64,000 nt of DNA from Phallusia mammillata (GCA_965637545.1 OZ281495.1:12710001-12774000); one strand, 5' to 3'; shown: positions 42,001-57,000, counted from the first letter of the stretch. Notes: generated by a model from the sequence alone, not told the origin. Numbers and translations are program-made.

Positions 42001-45000
42001 AGCTGCTCTAATGTTGCGTTAGGTTTTAAAAGTGCAGCGATCAAAATGTGAACAATGAGGAATTACAGAGAATTTAAACAGAGATAAACGGACATTGCAC
42101 ATGTGATACCAAAGAAGTGAAATTGTTGTTAGGTATCATTGCGGCGATTTGGGACAAAGAAGCAACGCGTTGCTAAGATACAGCCAGGGTTAGTGATAAG
42201 ACAGACAAACTTCTAACCCAATGACAGAATGTAACACACCCAATGCCTTTTTTGGTTAAGTAGAAAACGACTATAGCACAAGAAGTTTGAAAAATCTAAT
42301 ATATCACCCACCTTGGTATCACGCCTTCGCTGATGGTCGATCTTCGGTCTGGGAAATAAATATTTGGGATTAGTAGTCTGCGATTGAGTAAAATTTTGAT
42401 CATTTAAGATTTTTGTAAACTTTTTTGCCATGCGTAGAAGCGACACCGTACTACAAATTCTATGTTTTTTTCACGTAAGCTATACTGATACACAAAAATA
42501 CTGGCCACAATCAACCAATTATTATAGTATTTACAGACAGGAAATCATATTTTCTCTCTAGTACGCAAACCATTTTTCTCACGTTAACTTCACCCATACA
42601 AAAAATGGTTTCCAAAATCGAAGCATACCAAAATCATTTTTTGACACGTAAGTGAAATGTTTACCTTGTTCCGAGTTTTTCTGGTCAGCAAACTGGCTGC
42701 TCAGACTTTTCGACCTTCGTCCATCCACCTAAAATGTCAAGGGTTACGCGAATAGGTATTAAGTTCAAACAACATTTTGCACATGCCTCATGCGTTAATT
42801 AGAAAGAATTTTTTAGTTGGTAGAGAAAATTATTTGTGTTTTGCGAGAATTAGATGCTGTTCATAGAGGATTAGATGCTGTTCATTTTTTGGGAGATGAA
42901 AACGTACATATTTTACAATGTAGTAAATGCGCCAATATTGTTGTGTCTGTCTCAAAACTTGGTTTGTTACAGTATTCATGTGAATAGAAAAGTCCACGAG
43001 ATTTAAGCTTTTCTTTAGATCACTATTGCATCTCAAGTCTCAACACTACTGTTACAAATACAGCATGCAGGATTATCCTCACAAATTAGAAGCAAATCAA
43101 TTAATGATACTCACGATGTTAGGTCTCACCTCTTCTGTGCCTAGAAGTGCATAAAACCTAAATGTTACTTAAGATCCAAATGTATAAAATTCACGCAAGT
43201 TGCTTTAAATTATGATCGACAGTACTTATTTTATCTGGGACAAACGAAAATAAACATAGGATTTTGGGAAAATAAAGGTAGCGACTAGGGTTCAGGTCCA
43301 GTAAAATTCTCAAAACACACATAAGAAATAAATTACTCAAGAGCAAAGATTAAATACCCAAACACATTTCTTACCCCTAGGATCTGTAAAGAAAACATAC
43401 GTTTAAGGGTTGTGTTATATGCAAAATTGAAAAAAAATACACAGCACAGCACAAGAAATCGCGTTTGCCCTGTGTGACCAATGAATCAGAAACCTTTTCT
43501 TTTTTGCTTAGCGGCATCTAACTACATTAATAAACAAAATTAACAGAAAGTTATAAAAAACGGAAATATGCTTAAATGAGATGTAAAGTTGCCCCATTGC
43601 ATAACTCTAAAAGTCTAAAACATGGAATAAATAAATAAAGAACTTTTAGCGGAACACTTTCATTACGTTTTCAACAAAACACCAAGAAAAGTTTGCTAGT
43701 CTTGTGGTACTTGAGGATTAACACGTTACCTTGTGTTCCTGCGTTTGGTGCAACAACAGAAAACAGAGCCATGTTGTGACGTTCCAAACGTCGCACCACT
43801 GTGGGTGATTTCGACTCTTCGCCCTAAAAAGTAACACAAATGTTGCATTTTACACCTTTATGTCCACTTAACCATATGCTTTGTATTTTGGAAAAAAATT
43901 AATGGCAGTATGAAACCGTGCTTGTAGTGAAGTAGTTCGTTTATTTCACGAAGTAATAAAAAAACATTTGTCTATTGCGGTACATGCGTTTTACCAGATA
44001 TTTAACATATTATCACAACCAATAAGCCTTGGACCAGATTAGAACACATCAGTAATGGAAACATATATGTTTGCACACTCTCCCATAAAATTGTACCTCA
44101 AAACAGAATTTTCGAACCAACCCTCAACAAATCACATTAAAACGATGGGTAAAGTATGGTCACAGCCAAATGCAAGTGTTTGTAACGCTAACCATGTGGT
44201 AAACAACAAATGTCCCTCAACGTACGGGCACGACGGTAACCAAATTATTATATTTGTTATGTAAAACCTTTTGTGCTACCCTCGTATTACAAGTAATTTT
44301 ACATTATTTTCCAATGTATAAAACTATTTATAGTTGGTAAACACGTTAATGAGAATTACAAGGCTAGTGGCATTTTTAAAAACACTGCTTTTATTTTTTG
44401 TTTCACAGCAGGTCAAACAAAGTCAAGTTTTTATTTGGAAGTAGGAAAATCGGTACGTAACTTTCACTTTCGTTTGAATGGTGTGAAACGATACAGTAAA
44501 AAAATCGGTTCAAGAAGGGACAGAGGAATGGAATGTAGGTGACAGATGGGGTAAATAAGGTTGACATTTAATAGCGACATTCCGCCAAAGCATCAAATTA
44601 GTCGTTACCTGTTGTATATCACCCACTGCTTCATCTTCTTGTTGAAAACTCAACCTGGAAGAAGGAAAGGCGTTGTTATTCTATTTTCAGTGTTTAAGTA
44701 ATGCTAAAACCAGGATAAACTGTTCTCGATAAACCTTCGTTGACATGTTTGTGCATGGTTAACGATCGAGCTTCTCGCAGTCAACTGTGACAAAGTTTGT
44801 TAGACTACCAGTACATCGGAACAACAAAAACATACTGTTACAAAAATGATTTCATGAAACGTTATACAAGGATCTGTTCGTAAGTTTAATGAAAAAATGA
44901 CGGCCTAAATAGACGTAAAATGTGTAATGCTTTATTCTAATTTCATTATGAAGGAAATTTGCTAAAACATCGCTAAATATACTGGAATTGGTTAAAGAAA

Positions 45001-48000
45001 ATTAAAATTGAAGATCGCCCTTCTTGCAACAAACGTAACTGCGCAAAACATAAGGGATGTAGTGAAACTGAACAAGTAAACCAATAAATTGAAACTATAA
45101 TAACACAACGCGTCTAAACTATAATAACACAAAGAAATACGAGAAATTCAGAACAAACAATTAGCATCACGTGTTCACATAAAGACCTGATTTGCATTCA
45201 AGTCGGCTGCAAACAAAAAGATACCGATTACCTACTTTAAAACACACGTGACTTTAATAAACTTACGGGCGTTGCTGAACTGCTGGGGTTACTTCGTCAT
45301 CAAGACTCTCAGCCGAATGCCAGCTATGACGTCGTAATGACGTAGGCGACCTGTCTGCGTCATCGAAGGGTGCTGAATTGCTCTGTTATCGAAGCAAACA
45401 AATATGATACAATCTAGTCGCACAGGTAAAAAACTCTAATTTTACAAACAAACAAACTGAAACTGTGGTTAACCTGGGAGAAATACTACAAACAGGCAAT
45501 TGCAGGCCAATGGGGGAGTTGACCAAGGTCTGTAGTTATAGAGTGAACATTTATTAACACAAAACATTTCAAAGGTATTTCGCAATAAACGAATTACCCA
45601 CATTTTTCACCTTCTAATATTTTTGGCAATTTTATTTATGACAGAAGATATAATTACCAAAGTTGGTAATGTAGTAGGGTTGCTTTGGTAACTTTTATTA
45701 CTTTATAGTGAAAGAAGGCCTACTTTTCGAATGGCATTTATACCATAAGAGGAGTACTTACTGTTTGATCAGCTGACTCAGTGTAGGGCATGTTTCTTCC
45801 CTGTGACTGTTCAGCAATCCTTGTCGCAATTATCTGCAGATACGGAAATACAATTTATGTAAATAAGTTGTGTAAACATCCAACAAACAAGCAATGATGA
45901 TGTCATACATGATAAAATCACGACAGGTTTACCTACTTACATAGAAGGTTTAATCAGGGGTGGGGAACCTTTTCGTTTATAAAGGCCACCAAACAGTTTA
46001 TCGACACTCGTTTAGGCCGCATAAACTATTTCCCAGGCAAAAGACAGTGGTGTTCAAACTTTTTGACTTTACAGAATGGTCATTTTGCTATTCCCTCGTA
46101 GAGTTGTAGGACTTACGGTCCAAGCTAAAATTTCTTATTACATTTCCACCTTAACTACAACATTCAGTATTTATTTAACCTAGAAACTCGCTTGTTTACA
46201 AATATCAATGATCTAAGAGCAACTTGTGACATCACAGACGAGTTTAAGATATTCGACTATGCGCAAACAATTGTTCTTTTGCAACACAATTAAGATTGTA
46301 GAACCTTGGTCCTTCGTAGTCATGTGTACAACTACGGGACCATTTGGCTCTAGTTTGAAAACCGCTACCCTAGAACTGATCAAATAGTAATGCGGAATAA
46401 AGATAAAAAAATACGTTTCTGTCTATTTTCAGCGCCTGGTGCAGTTCCTAATATCAAAATCCTAAAAGGTATTTTGACATCGAAGGCCGCACTTAGTGCC
46501 CTGAAAGGCGGCATGCGGCCTTTAGGCCGCAGGTTCCCCACCCCTGGTTTAGATTCTAAACCGAATAGGGAACACCAACAGATATTCAACAAATTACAAA
46601 AATGAGGTTTGTTAACTTGGACTGCAAAAAAATCATTGATAAACAAATATACACAAGACACGGACTTGAATAACAGCTTTAATAAAAAGCAAATTGCCAG
46701 CGACGTAGAGTAAAACGTATTCATTTTTTAATAACTCGAATAAAAGAGCACCAGACCAACGAAAAATCGGAGGTATGTAGGCATCTTCAGACTAACCCTA
46801 TGCATAGGGTCAACTTCACCGAACCAGAAATATTGGACGCAACATCGGATCGGATTCGTTTGTTTATTCTGGAGTCGCTTCTTATCCAGCAACATGCACC
46901 GGGGCTGAACGTGGACACAACTTCGATGCCCCTGCGGCTTTTTAACACCTAATTATCACTGGTTTTATCGTTATCTCCATTTTGTCGGCAACCTTTTATC
47001 AGCGTGACGCAGTTGATTAAACTTTTCTCCTTACTTTTTCTGTATATAAACGCGCTTGTTTTCACTTGTGCATTACATTTTTACACTGTTTTAATAAAAA
47101 ATGAATACGTTTTACTCTACGTCGCTGGCAATTTGCTTTTTATTAAAACAAATATACGTTTCAGCATTATCTAAATTCCTGTTGTTCGACAGCTATGTTA
47201 TAATGCAAAACTGTTGTCAGGAAAACTTGGGTGAAATTTACTGAGTTGATGATGGTTTACCTGTGCTTCTAAATGCTCTGCATCTATTCCAGCTGGTAGG
47301 GCTTGTCTGTTACGTGGCATAACAGGAGTTGAAGGACTTTCATAACTGTCATTGAAGGTGTTTTCTGCAAACAAACAAAATGAGTTGTATAAGAACATTA
47401 AACAACTACCCATCCACTATACAGCAACATATATTTACATGCTTTTGTTAATTTTACAAGTTATTTGACATTTTATTAACAACAACTGGCTTCCAGACTA
47501 GTTTCAAACTACTGCATAGAAAGAAAATTAGTTTGTTTTAATAAATTCCCCTTATACCCCTACTTACTTAAGGTAATGTGCAAGCAGCCCAAATAAAACT
47601 GAACTGAAGACATGCTTCTGTAAAGCGCATAAATATATATACCGTGGAATTTCTCACTAGGTTGATATTGTCTTTTTGTGAGTTAAACATAACCACAAAA
47701 ATCACTGTTTGCCAATACCACTATATATTGAACACAAATGCTTCTTGGTAAAATTTGGCACAATGACGGAAAAACAGAAAACTCTTTCTGAACAAAAAAT
47801 CCACAAAACAGCTACATTTTAAATACTCATTAGTGCAAAATTCAATTGGCCTTCCCTGCAGGGGAGATCTTAATATTAGTTGCCCCACAGCATGGCAGTA
47901 TTGTCTATGAAGCTTTACTTAGCCCACAGAAAGAAGGCTGGGCAGTGAGGTGGGCTCTTCAGGCCAGGTTGAAGAGACAGAGTTATCGCCAGATTAGGTA

Positions 48001-51000
48001 TACAAGAGGTTTTTTGGTTGGCAGTGCTGGCTTCATTTTGTTAACGTTTTTCAGAAATATCTAGGTTTATAGTTTTGCAATTTTTGATTTCTTTCAGTTT
48101 TGCAAGTTTATATAGATGTAGGACATACTTATTCACATACCAATTTAACTAAAGAAATCAGACAAAATGAAAAGTATAACCAAAACATGTGCCTGCTTTT
48201 TTGAACATTTTTAAGCTGAAATAACCTCACAAAACAAATGCCAAATAAAAGAGTAGTAACACTATGTACGTTGAACCAATTCGGACGGTGCTTTAAAAGG
48301 CATAGTCAAAAATAAAAGTGCTTTTATACACTTCTAACATTGCATGTGATTGATAGAGTCGTATTATTCATTATTCATCAAATTTTGGTAAAACATCTCA
48401 ATGGGTTGTGTACATGGGTTATACAACCAAATAACTTCATCGTTTACATGCGTTTGGATTGGCTCCACATTAAAAACTTGTTTAGCATGGTTAACTGTAC
48501 TAGTAATGTATAACGAACAGTAAGTTACCGAAATAGTTCGTAGCGACACAAAAGCTTCAAATTGTCGATGCTAATTTTATCTCCAATGACCATTTACAAC
48601 TTACACTATTTACCATGAAACCAATTTAGATTTTACTTTTAACTAACATAGTAAAGCCAGTCAGAGACAAAGAAATCAGTGTAAATGACCTGAAGTGAAA
48701 GGACAAAGGAACTTAGTGGGTGGATGGGGGGAAAGGGCAGCCACTGACATGACCACAAAGCGGAACACACTAAGTGGGACTTTTCTCATGACGCCCTTCT
48801 ACCACGATACAAGTGGGGCATGTGAATAATTGATATCGGGTTGCTAACTTAACTGCGACTCCAACAAAATGGATTTAGGAACACATCAGGCTTTACATAA
48901 AGTTTCACAGATTTTAACAAAAGCATAGCTAAAATTATACAGTTGTTCTCTGAAATAGTTTGATGCAACCATTGTATAATATATAATATGTTTTACGATT
49001 TCGTATCACACAACTTTGTACAGATTGCTAAGACAGTTTGCATAAATTGGTTCTTAGTTTGTCAACATTCCATTAATCTCTACATGCTTGTGAAATCACT
49101 TACTCCTTACCACATGTGCAACTTTTAACTGAATAAAATTTAGGCGGAAAAAATTGAAACATCAATATCCAATGTACATGTACACAAGACATGGTCTTTA
49201 AAAGTAGCCAAACTTGAAACAAAATTCAATGAAGAATAAAACATAGACATTTTAATACTCAGACATATATTTAACTACATACATTTAATAGTGTTTTGTA
49301 AAACGTCTGCGTAAAAAAATATCCACATTTCTATCTACATCATTGATAATTCAGTTTTTTAATGAATACGATAGCAGCAAAAAAATACACACCTGACAAA
49401 TAAGATAAGTCTTGTGCAAGATCTGGACATGATGTGGAGAGCCTTGCACTTTCACCACCTCCAGTCTGATAAAAGATTTTTAGTTTATTAAGTTATTTTT
49501 GAAAGCATATTCTTTCTAACCAAACCAACAAAGGTTTTTCGACAAAAAAGTGCATGTTAGATTGTAGACATACAGAATCTTTATTAACTAGAATAAATTT
49601 TCACCTCTCGTATTCTTTCCAGGTCTTTGTGTCGAAGAAAATGGATTCCATCACTTATTTCTTTCAAGTGACTTATGTTGTCAGCTGTTATCAAAGGTTG
49701 AAAATTAACACACTTTGAATTTGATTTAAAATTCTCCAAACATATCTAAATCAGCTCATTAAAATCTATTTTTAATTTATTCAAAGTTAAACCAGTGGTT
49801 TCTACGAACTACATAGTAATCCCAACTTCAACACACAGTGATGCTGCTTTTTACAAGCAAAAATTTTAAGTTTTCTGTGGCTATTATTCCCAACACAATA
49901 CAAGCATCATCCTACAAAAAAACTTACTTAAAAACTCTCCTTTGTCCCTGTCTGCAGAATTAGATGAATTCTTGTTTCTATTCGGATACTCCCTTAACTG
50001 TGCATCATTTCTATAATCCACTGTGTTATAGTCAGGTGAGTATGCTGCACCAGGTAAATTGTACACCTCATCCCCTGTATAATCCTCATTGTAATATTGT
50101 CCACCAGAACCGGGCACAGACGACAGGATACTATCGTCCATGGCCTCGTCCCAAACAGCACTTGTGTCAGGTAGTTGGAAGGCCGAGGGTGGTGCGGTTT
50201 TAACCAAGGCCTCAAATTCAATATCTGTGATAAATAATGTATGAGCTATTGATGGGACACGAAATGAAGTTTTTCACCACTTGTAATTTAATTTCCGACT
50301 GGGCAGCATGTCAAAACCCAAGCTCTTGTACCACAAAGTATTGGATAATACAATTAGGTGTTACATAACCACGTTTCTTTTTTCACCCTTACACTGTTTA
50401 ACTATAAACCATTCCAAAAACAAACTAGAAGGGTGGCTTAGCACATATTGCCCTTGCACATACACTATACCCTATTTTAAAAGATTAATACACTTCCTTT
50501 ACATATTTTATACTGGGTCCCATATCATCCACTGTCTTTTATAACCTTGGTTGTTTCTGCAAGCAAAAACTCATGGGTCCCCACACATGCAAAGTTGTAG
50601 ATAATGCATTTCAATAGATAACAATGAGTAAGTTTGGTATTGTGAAGACAAACACAGTGATTGGTACTGTGCATATTTAAATATGCTATATGGGGTACAA
50701 ACTATTTAAATTAAAAAACTCTCTTTAGGGGGCTAGCAGGATAACTAATGGAGGTTCAACACACACAAACTTAAAAGAAGAAAATCACAATGACTCAATC
50801 AATAGTCCTGCAAAATTTCAGTCCAATCTGCCAACGTTTAAAATTTTAACCACTAGAGGTGTTTTGAGCAACAACCATTAATGTTTTTGACGTCAAAGGG
50901 CTGTTAACAACCCCCGAACTGCAATGGCGCAATAACGTCCACCAAGCAACCCACAAAGTCGCAAACGAGGAACATACAACTGGTTGCCCTTGTAAGACTA

Positions 51001-54000
51001 TTGTGTCACAGAAATATTTTGTTTGTGTTGCCCAGTAACATACAAATACGTTTTACACTTTGGGGGCTTGTGGGGTAAATGTTAGGGTTACAGGGTTGAA
51101 CACAACAATCGACACCTATAAATACTGGGGTTATCAACAAAAACAAAGTGGGATGCACATCTACATAACTACATCTACCATCTGTATAAATTTCATCCAA
51201 ATCCATCAAGGATTTGATGGAAAAACGAGTCGGACAAACTTTGGGGAGAAGAAAAATGAAAGAAAAAAAAAGAAAAATAAACAAACAATTTGAGTAAAAT
51301 CAATATGTGTCCCATAAAAAAGGTTTCATTTTGTGTACTGAAGTAGCAGGTTCTAATTGTTTATTTTTAATTTCAATGTAAAAACAACACCAATCACTTT
51401 AGACCAGGGATCACCAAATTTTTGTTATGGCAAGCTAGATAAAAGAAAAAAAGACATGTTCCAAAACTGTGTCTGCAAAATGCTTTAGTGTGCTATTGTC
51501 AAATAGTTAAATTATGTGGAATAATGAAGAGTCCTGTCTACTGGCGATACTTATTTTTTCCATCACAATTAACATTGGACATTTATTCGCGCACAATATC
51601 AAAAGTATTGATACTTCTAGTCCAGTCTTAGATGTAACAAACTGCATTAGGATCATTTATATCAGTCCTGCAAAAATGAAGTAAATGTTTTACCAAGGGT
51701 TGGCCAAAGGTTGTTGTAAGTTTCTGAAGTTGTGGAAACTGTTCCAAAACTGTGCTGTTTCAAATAAGTTGTTTTTCCGATAGATTCTTTGTTTTCCCAC
51801 CGAATCACACCATGAACGTGCGGACTGAAGAAATATAAAAATATTTGTTTTGGGGATCTATGTGTTATAGTTTGTTTTGGACACAGTACATAGAAATGTT
51901 CATGTAATCTAATCAAATAGTGCTAATACACAGAAAACAGGTTTGTAAATTTTAATGAGCAGCGCTTACTAGAAAGATAGATTAAGCTATTTACTTTTCA
52001 AAGAAAGTTTCTTTAAAAAAATTAATAAATCAACTAGCATCATTCAATAACAAAAACGCCTGCTAACTTATGATATATATGACTAGCAACAGTTTAAATC
52101 TTACAAGGAATTTCAACAAGGGCAGTTCACCACAAAGTGGCACTTAAAGTGGTCAGATATTGTGAAGTTTCAAGTCACAGGCATTTCATTTAATCCCATT
52201 TGTTGTGGTGTTTAATTACAAATTGTCGGCGGACAGAGTGTGTGAAAAGAGTGTAATTATTTGTGCACTTTAATCAGTTTGTGTCGTAACTTAAGTAACG
52301 TGGTTAGCGAGCATAAACAGTCTGCAACCAACAAAAGGTGCCCACACTCTTGTGAGTGAAATTTTAGCCACTGAATTGCCACTTGAAAATACATGTTGTT
52401 CTACTACTGAGCCGGGGCACATTTTTTCTCTTTGATTAGAAACAGTTCACAGTTGCATTGTATTGTGCCAAAACCTTACCAACATGTTATTCAAAACACA
52501 ATTTTATGTGCAGTTACCTGACTGTTACTCACTTTTTTGATGTTACATAACAAAATCACGGATGTACATATGTATACTGTGTCATTTCTAAATACTATTT
52601 AAAGGCCCATATATTTCATTTTGTCTTAATTAAAACACCAAAACAATTGGATACCTAATGTGTTCTATCAATGCGCTTTTGTGTTGGCAGAGAGGGGTTG
52701 TGACAAGAATTTTATTTCCATGTTTTGTAACTAACTGAATAAATTTATTAGGCCAACCAGTATTGCTTACTATATCATTTTCACCTTACAGTCATTAAAC
52801 AAATCAAGTAAAGATTAGACCTTGTATGTTTTGTAAGAGGTTGTAAGGTTTCCACACAAGACGTTGTAAGAAAGCACCCTAGCGACAAATCTTGGCTTAG
52901 TATTACTTCCTATTGGCCAATTAATAAGCCACTGTGACACACAAGGGCCCCAGGCATGTCATGTCGCGACAATTATAATTTAGCTACATAGCAAAGGAAA
53001 ATTCTAAAGACCTGGGAAAAACCACATACAGTATAATATTGTCTATAGGTTTACACTTTAACAATTATTTTATTCTACTGTCTTGGATACAAAAAAATGC
53101 ATTTCAAGATGCAAAAGACATTGGTGACTTGATTCACAGCAGTGAATGTATTCTTTTGTTATTTTAAGCCCTGTTTTTTCTGCAATATAACGTATATATG
53201 ATATCATTTTATGGTCCATGGTATTCCTTTAAACAACTATTTCAAATACTGTATATATGAGAGACTTACTCAGTAATAAGGTCAGAAAGGCCGTCAAATT
53301 TCCGATCCCTGGCAATGTCCTCAGCAAAATCACCATGGCGATTCTTTAACTTGAGGCATTCTTTAGCACCGTTCTTGTCAAGAAGCAATGTAACAAATGT
53401 GGACAATCCGAGGCGAGCGGCAAAATGAAAAAGTGTCTCACGTGGAATACGTGCTGCAAAATGATACAAATTAGTTAAAGATGGGAAATTAAAACCTAAT
53501 CGGACATGGCTGTGTTTTTTATGTATAGTTTTGTGGTTCATTCCGAAACAAACAATATTATTGAGCATTTTAAAGTTTAAAAAGTTATAATCATATTAGG
53601 TGGCACATTTCATAGTTAAAACACATTTGCAGAAAGTTTCCAATTTTTGGTTTGAAAAAATTAACTAAAACAGTTTTAAATTGAAACAGTAACTTGAGAA
53701 GAATTTAAATATCAGGAGGGTTTAGTTGTGTACACAACAAGTCCTGACATGGCTTGTCTAATGATGTGTAACTCCATCAACCCTTCATATTTAAGACCAC
53801 CCACTCTGTACCTGTGTCTGGATCGCCAAGCACACTCCAGTTTGGAGGCAGAATAAGATGCTGGAATGCACTGGTAAGTCGCTCGTCTAAAGTAGAAAAA
53901 TCTTCTTGTGCTAATGAAAAATTTCCTCCCTGAATATAATCCCAATCTTCTAGGCTTTCCAAGTTGTGAACACTAATGAGACAAAAATGTAAATGAGGTG

Positions 54001-57000
54001 CATTAATTTCGATTTTTGTTTACTTTTTTGTTTTTTCATAATGTTAAAGGTTGAAAAAAATGTACTGTAAAAATCCAAGCCTTACTCAAATCCATTTTTT
54101 ATTATGTTTCTTCTTTCGATATTTTTTAATTTAATAGATTCATCTTACCTGTCAGCCAAGTATCTCGCAAGGTAGCAGGTTTGGTCCAGGTAGTATGTAA
54201 AGTCTTCAGCACCGATACATTTACACTCGCCGTTCGAAAATCTTACATAAACTGCTACTTCGACTCTTTCAGGTGGCTCATGATCTAAACATAAACATAC
54301 CACCTTAAAAACGGCAATTGTTCAAGTATATAAAGTTGATCACGACTAATTTATGTTGATCACAAAACATTGACATGTATATTATAAATTATAAGGGGAA
54401 ACAATAAATAAATTTGTTAACTGTCTGTTTGTCCCTCTATTCAATTTTTTTTCTGTCTTCACATTGTTGGTTAACTACAATTTAATTACACTCTTTTTTA
54501 CTATATTATCAGATACAATATTTGCAAAAAAATGTCTGCACATAACCTTTGGGGGGCTAAACAAACTGGACTCTGCAACCCGATATTCACTAGCACTGCA
54601 TCAATGGTCTGGAAAGCAATAAAACCCTTGGACTATTTCCTGAATCTCCACTAGATCAAAGATGGGCCAATTTGGCATACAAGTGATAGATGACCAGACT
54701 GGACACACAACTGAAGTCCTATTTACACAACAAATACAAGTGATCGAAAAAAGCTAACTTGTAAAGCAACAAGCTTGGTGTAGCACTTTCACTGCTTAAA
54801 GCCAATCCACAATGTTTGACAGAATGTACAAGGCGGATGTTACAACTTACAATCTACATTATGCACCTAAAAAGATTCACAGAATGCCTGATGCTTCTAA
54901 ACTCACCAGAAACCCAAAGAAAAATGTATTTATTAAACAGTGAAATTATCACTTATTTTCAGCATTCTGGTGAACGACACAACAGGTTTTTGAAAATGAA
55001 AGACTTTTTAACAAAGGGTTGTGGTTATATATATACACGTTGATTTTTGTCTGCTTTCAATAAGTAACCAGCTGTTACATCCCATGATACTAAAAGTACA
55101 TAAAAAGTTACTTAATTTGGCACGCTACAGACAATATCTCAAATATTGACATGAACTTCGATCTATTAACAATAGTTACCCAACTAATACTTTCAGCAAA
55201 CATTTTCTCTCCAAATTTGTACCTAGTACCTTTTGTATACTAGTAGCAGTAAGTCCAATCTCATTTAACACAGTTAAGTTTGCAGCTACCAAACCATTAC
55301 AAATCATTTGGAAAGGACTTATTTACAGGCTTTTGCTTACTTTCTAAATAATAATTTAACATTAAACTTTAAGCAAACACTGACCTACACTAATTTGTCA
55401 AAATACTTTGGCAATCAGTCACAGCCCCTCATGCCAAGGTTATTCATTAAAAAAACAAATTTAACATGTTCACCAGCTCCAAATATATAACACAGCTGCC
55501 TAAACCATGGCTAAATCCCAGTAACAGTGCAAACAAAAGTGCCATGAGCACCAACCAACAGGCGGGATTTGTCGTGTCCGCTGTGTAAATGTATTGTCTG
55601 ACAGTAGATCAACAACAATCAAATCGATTGTGTCCTTTGCGTGACTGTGTTATGACAGTACACATACAGAAACTGTTTCACAGCAGGGGGATCAATTGAA
55701 GTGACACTTCAAAGTTATCGTTGGAATGTCACTTGAAAGGGTTCAACATCAATCTCTATTTAATTTTTGTCATGTTTTTATATGTTTGTTCGAAAATGTA
55801 GTTTAATGGAAATTGCCCTAACATTTCAGTTTGTTCAAATAAACCTATTTAGAGAAGCACAATGTATAATCTAATTTGAGATGTGTAGAATACAAAATCA
55901 TACAACCAGTGACAAAGTTTTAAACTAACAGAACTTGAATTGACAATGTTCATTACAGTACATAAAAATTCCCAATTTTGTCATATGAGGTAGGTTAGTA
56001 CAATACCATATTTGAACAATATATGATATATATTTTTATCCCAATTTAACAATGCCTTTTTTTGCACCATTTAGTACCTCAAGTAAAAGTTACAAATATC
56101 CAGCTAGAAAAAATATACTACTATTGTGAGTGGTACATACATGTAAAATATTATGTGTCATACCTGGTACAACAGCCTGAAAGGCATTATCTTCAATGGA
56201 TATCCTGGCCTCTGTGACATGACGTTGTTTAGAGCCTTTAAAGACCAGGAAGGCTCGAATATGTTCAGGCAATGCGAAGTTTTCTGGAAGGAACATGACA
56301 ATCAAGCCACCACCCTGTACAAATACAACAGGTTTAGCAACAAACATTATACATGGCATATATAGGATTAAACTCTACAGTGCTACTGTATAAAAACAGC
56401 TAAAAAGACAATTTTTAAACAGCTGCAAAACTACATAAGTTGGAAACACTGAAAATATTTTTGATTAGCATACGTCATTTAAATGAATTTACACGTACAT
56501 AAACTGGTGCAGATGTTGGAAGAAGCTCCATCCGTGTCATGTCTGCAATATAAAATAAAACATGCAATTCAAATATAATACAGTTCACACAACAGATTTT
56601 GACCTGGGATGAATTAGATGTAGTGCTCTGTAATATCTCACCAGTGGGACTTAAACGTCATGGAATTTTTAATTGTTTAGTTAGGATCAGGCTGTAACAG
56701 TATTTAAGTCAAAATTGCACAATCATAGCATATCAAATGAGTGGTAAATTGACTTTCAAATACTAACAAACCCTGCCATGTATAAACTCCATAATGATTT
56801 CATGCAATACCTAATCGAACAAAATACTTTCACCATGACAAAGAAAACAATGAGTGTTGCCACACAGACAAGTGGTCTATTAAAAAACAACAGCGCATTC
56901 AAGTGAAGAAACCGTGACTCCTTCAACCACATACTACTACCAGCCATTGGGATTTTTGTGTTGCATAGTATTTTAGCTATTCAGTTTTGGTTAGTATTTT

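Noticed and set aside
45810-47290. HLEAQIIATRIAEQS as a PKA RII-binding (AKAP) helix
   Set aside because: Arg falls at a position that must be hydrophobic; does not fit the AKAP consensus
48690-48790. ATG frame MRKVPLSVFRF...PFTS in phase 1
   Set aside because: Weak donor (GTCATT) and no other support
51404-51550. CAGGGATCACCAAA hAT-like left end
   Set aside because: No matching right TIR or TSD found
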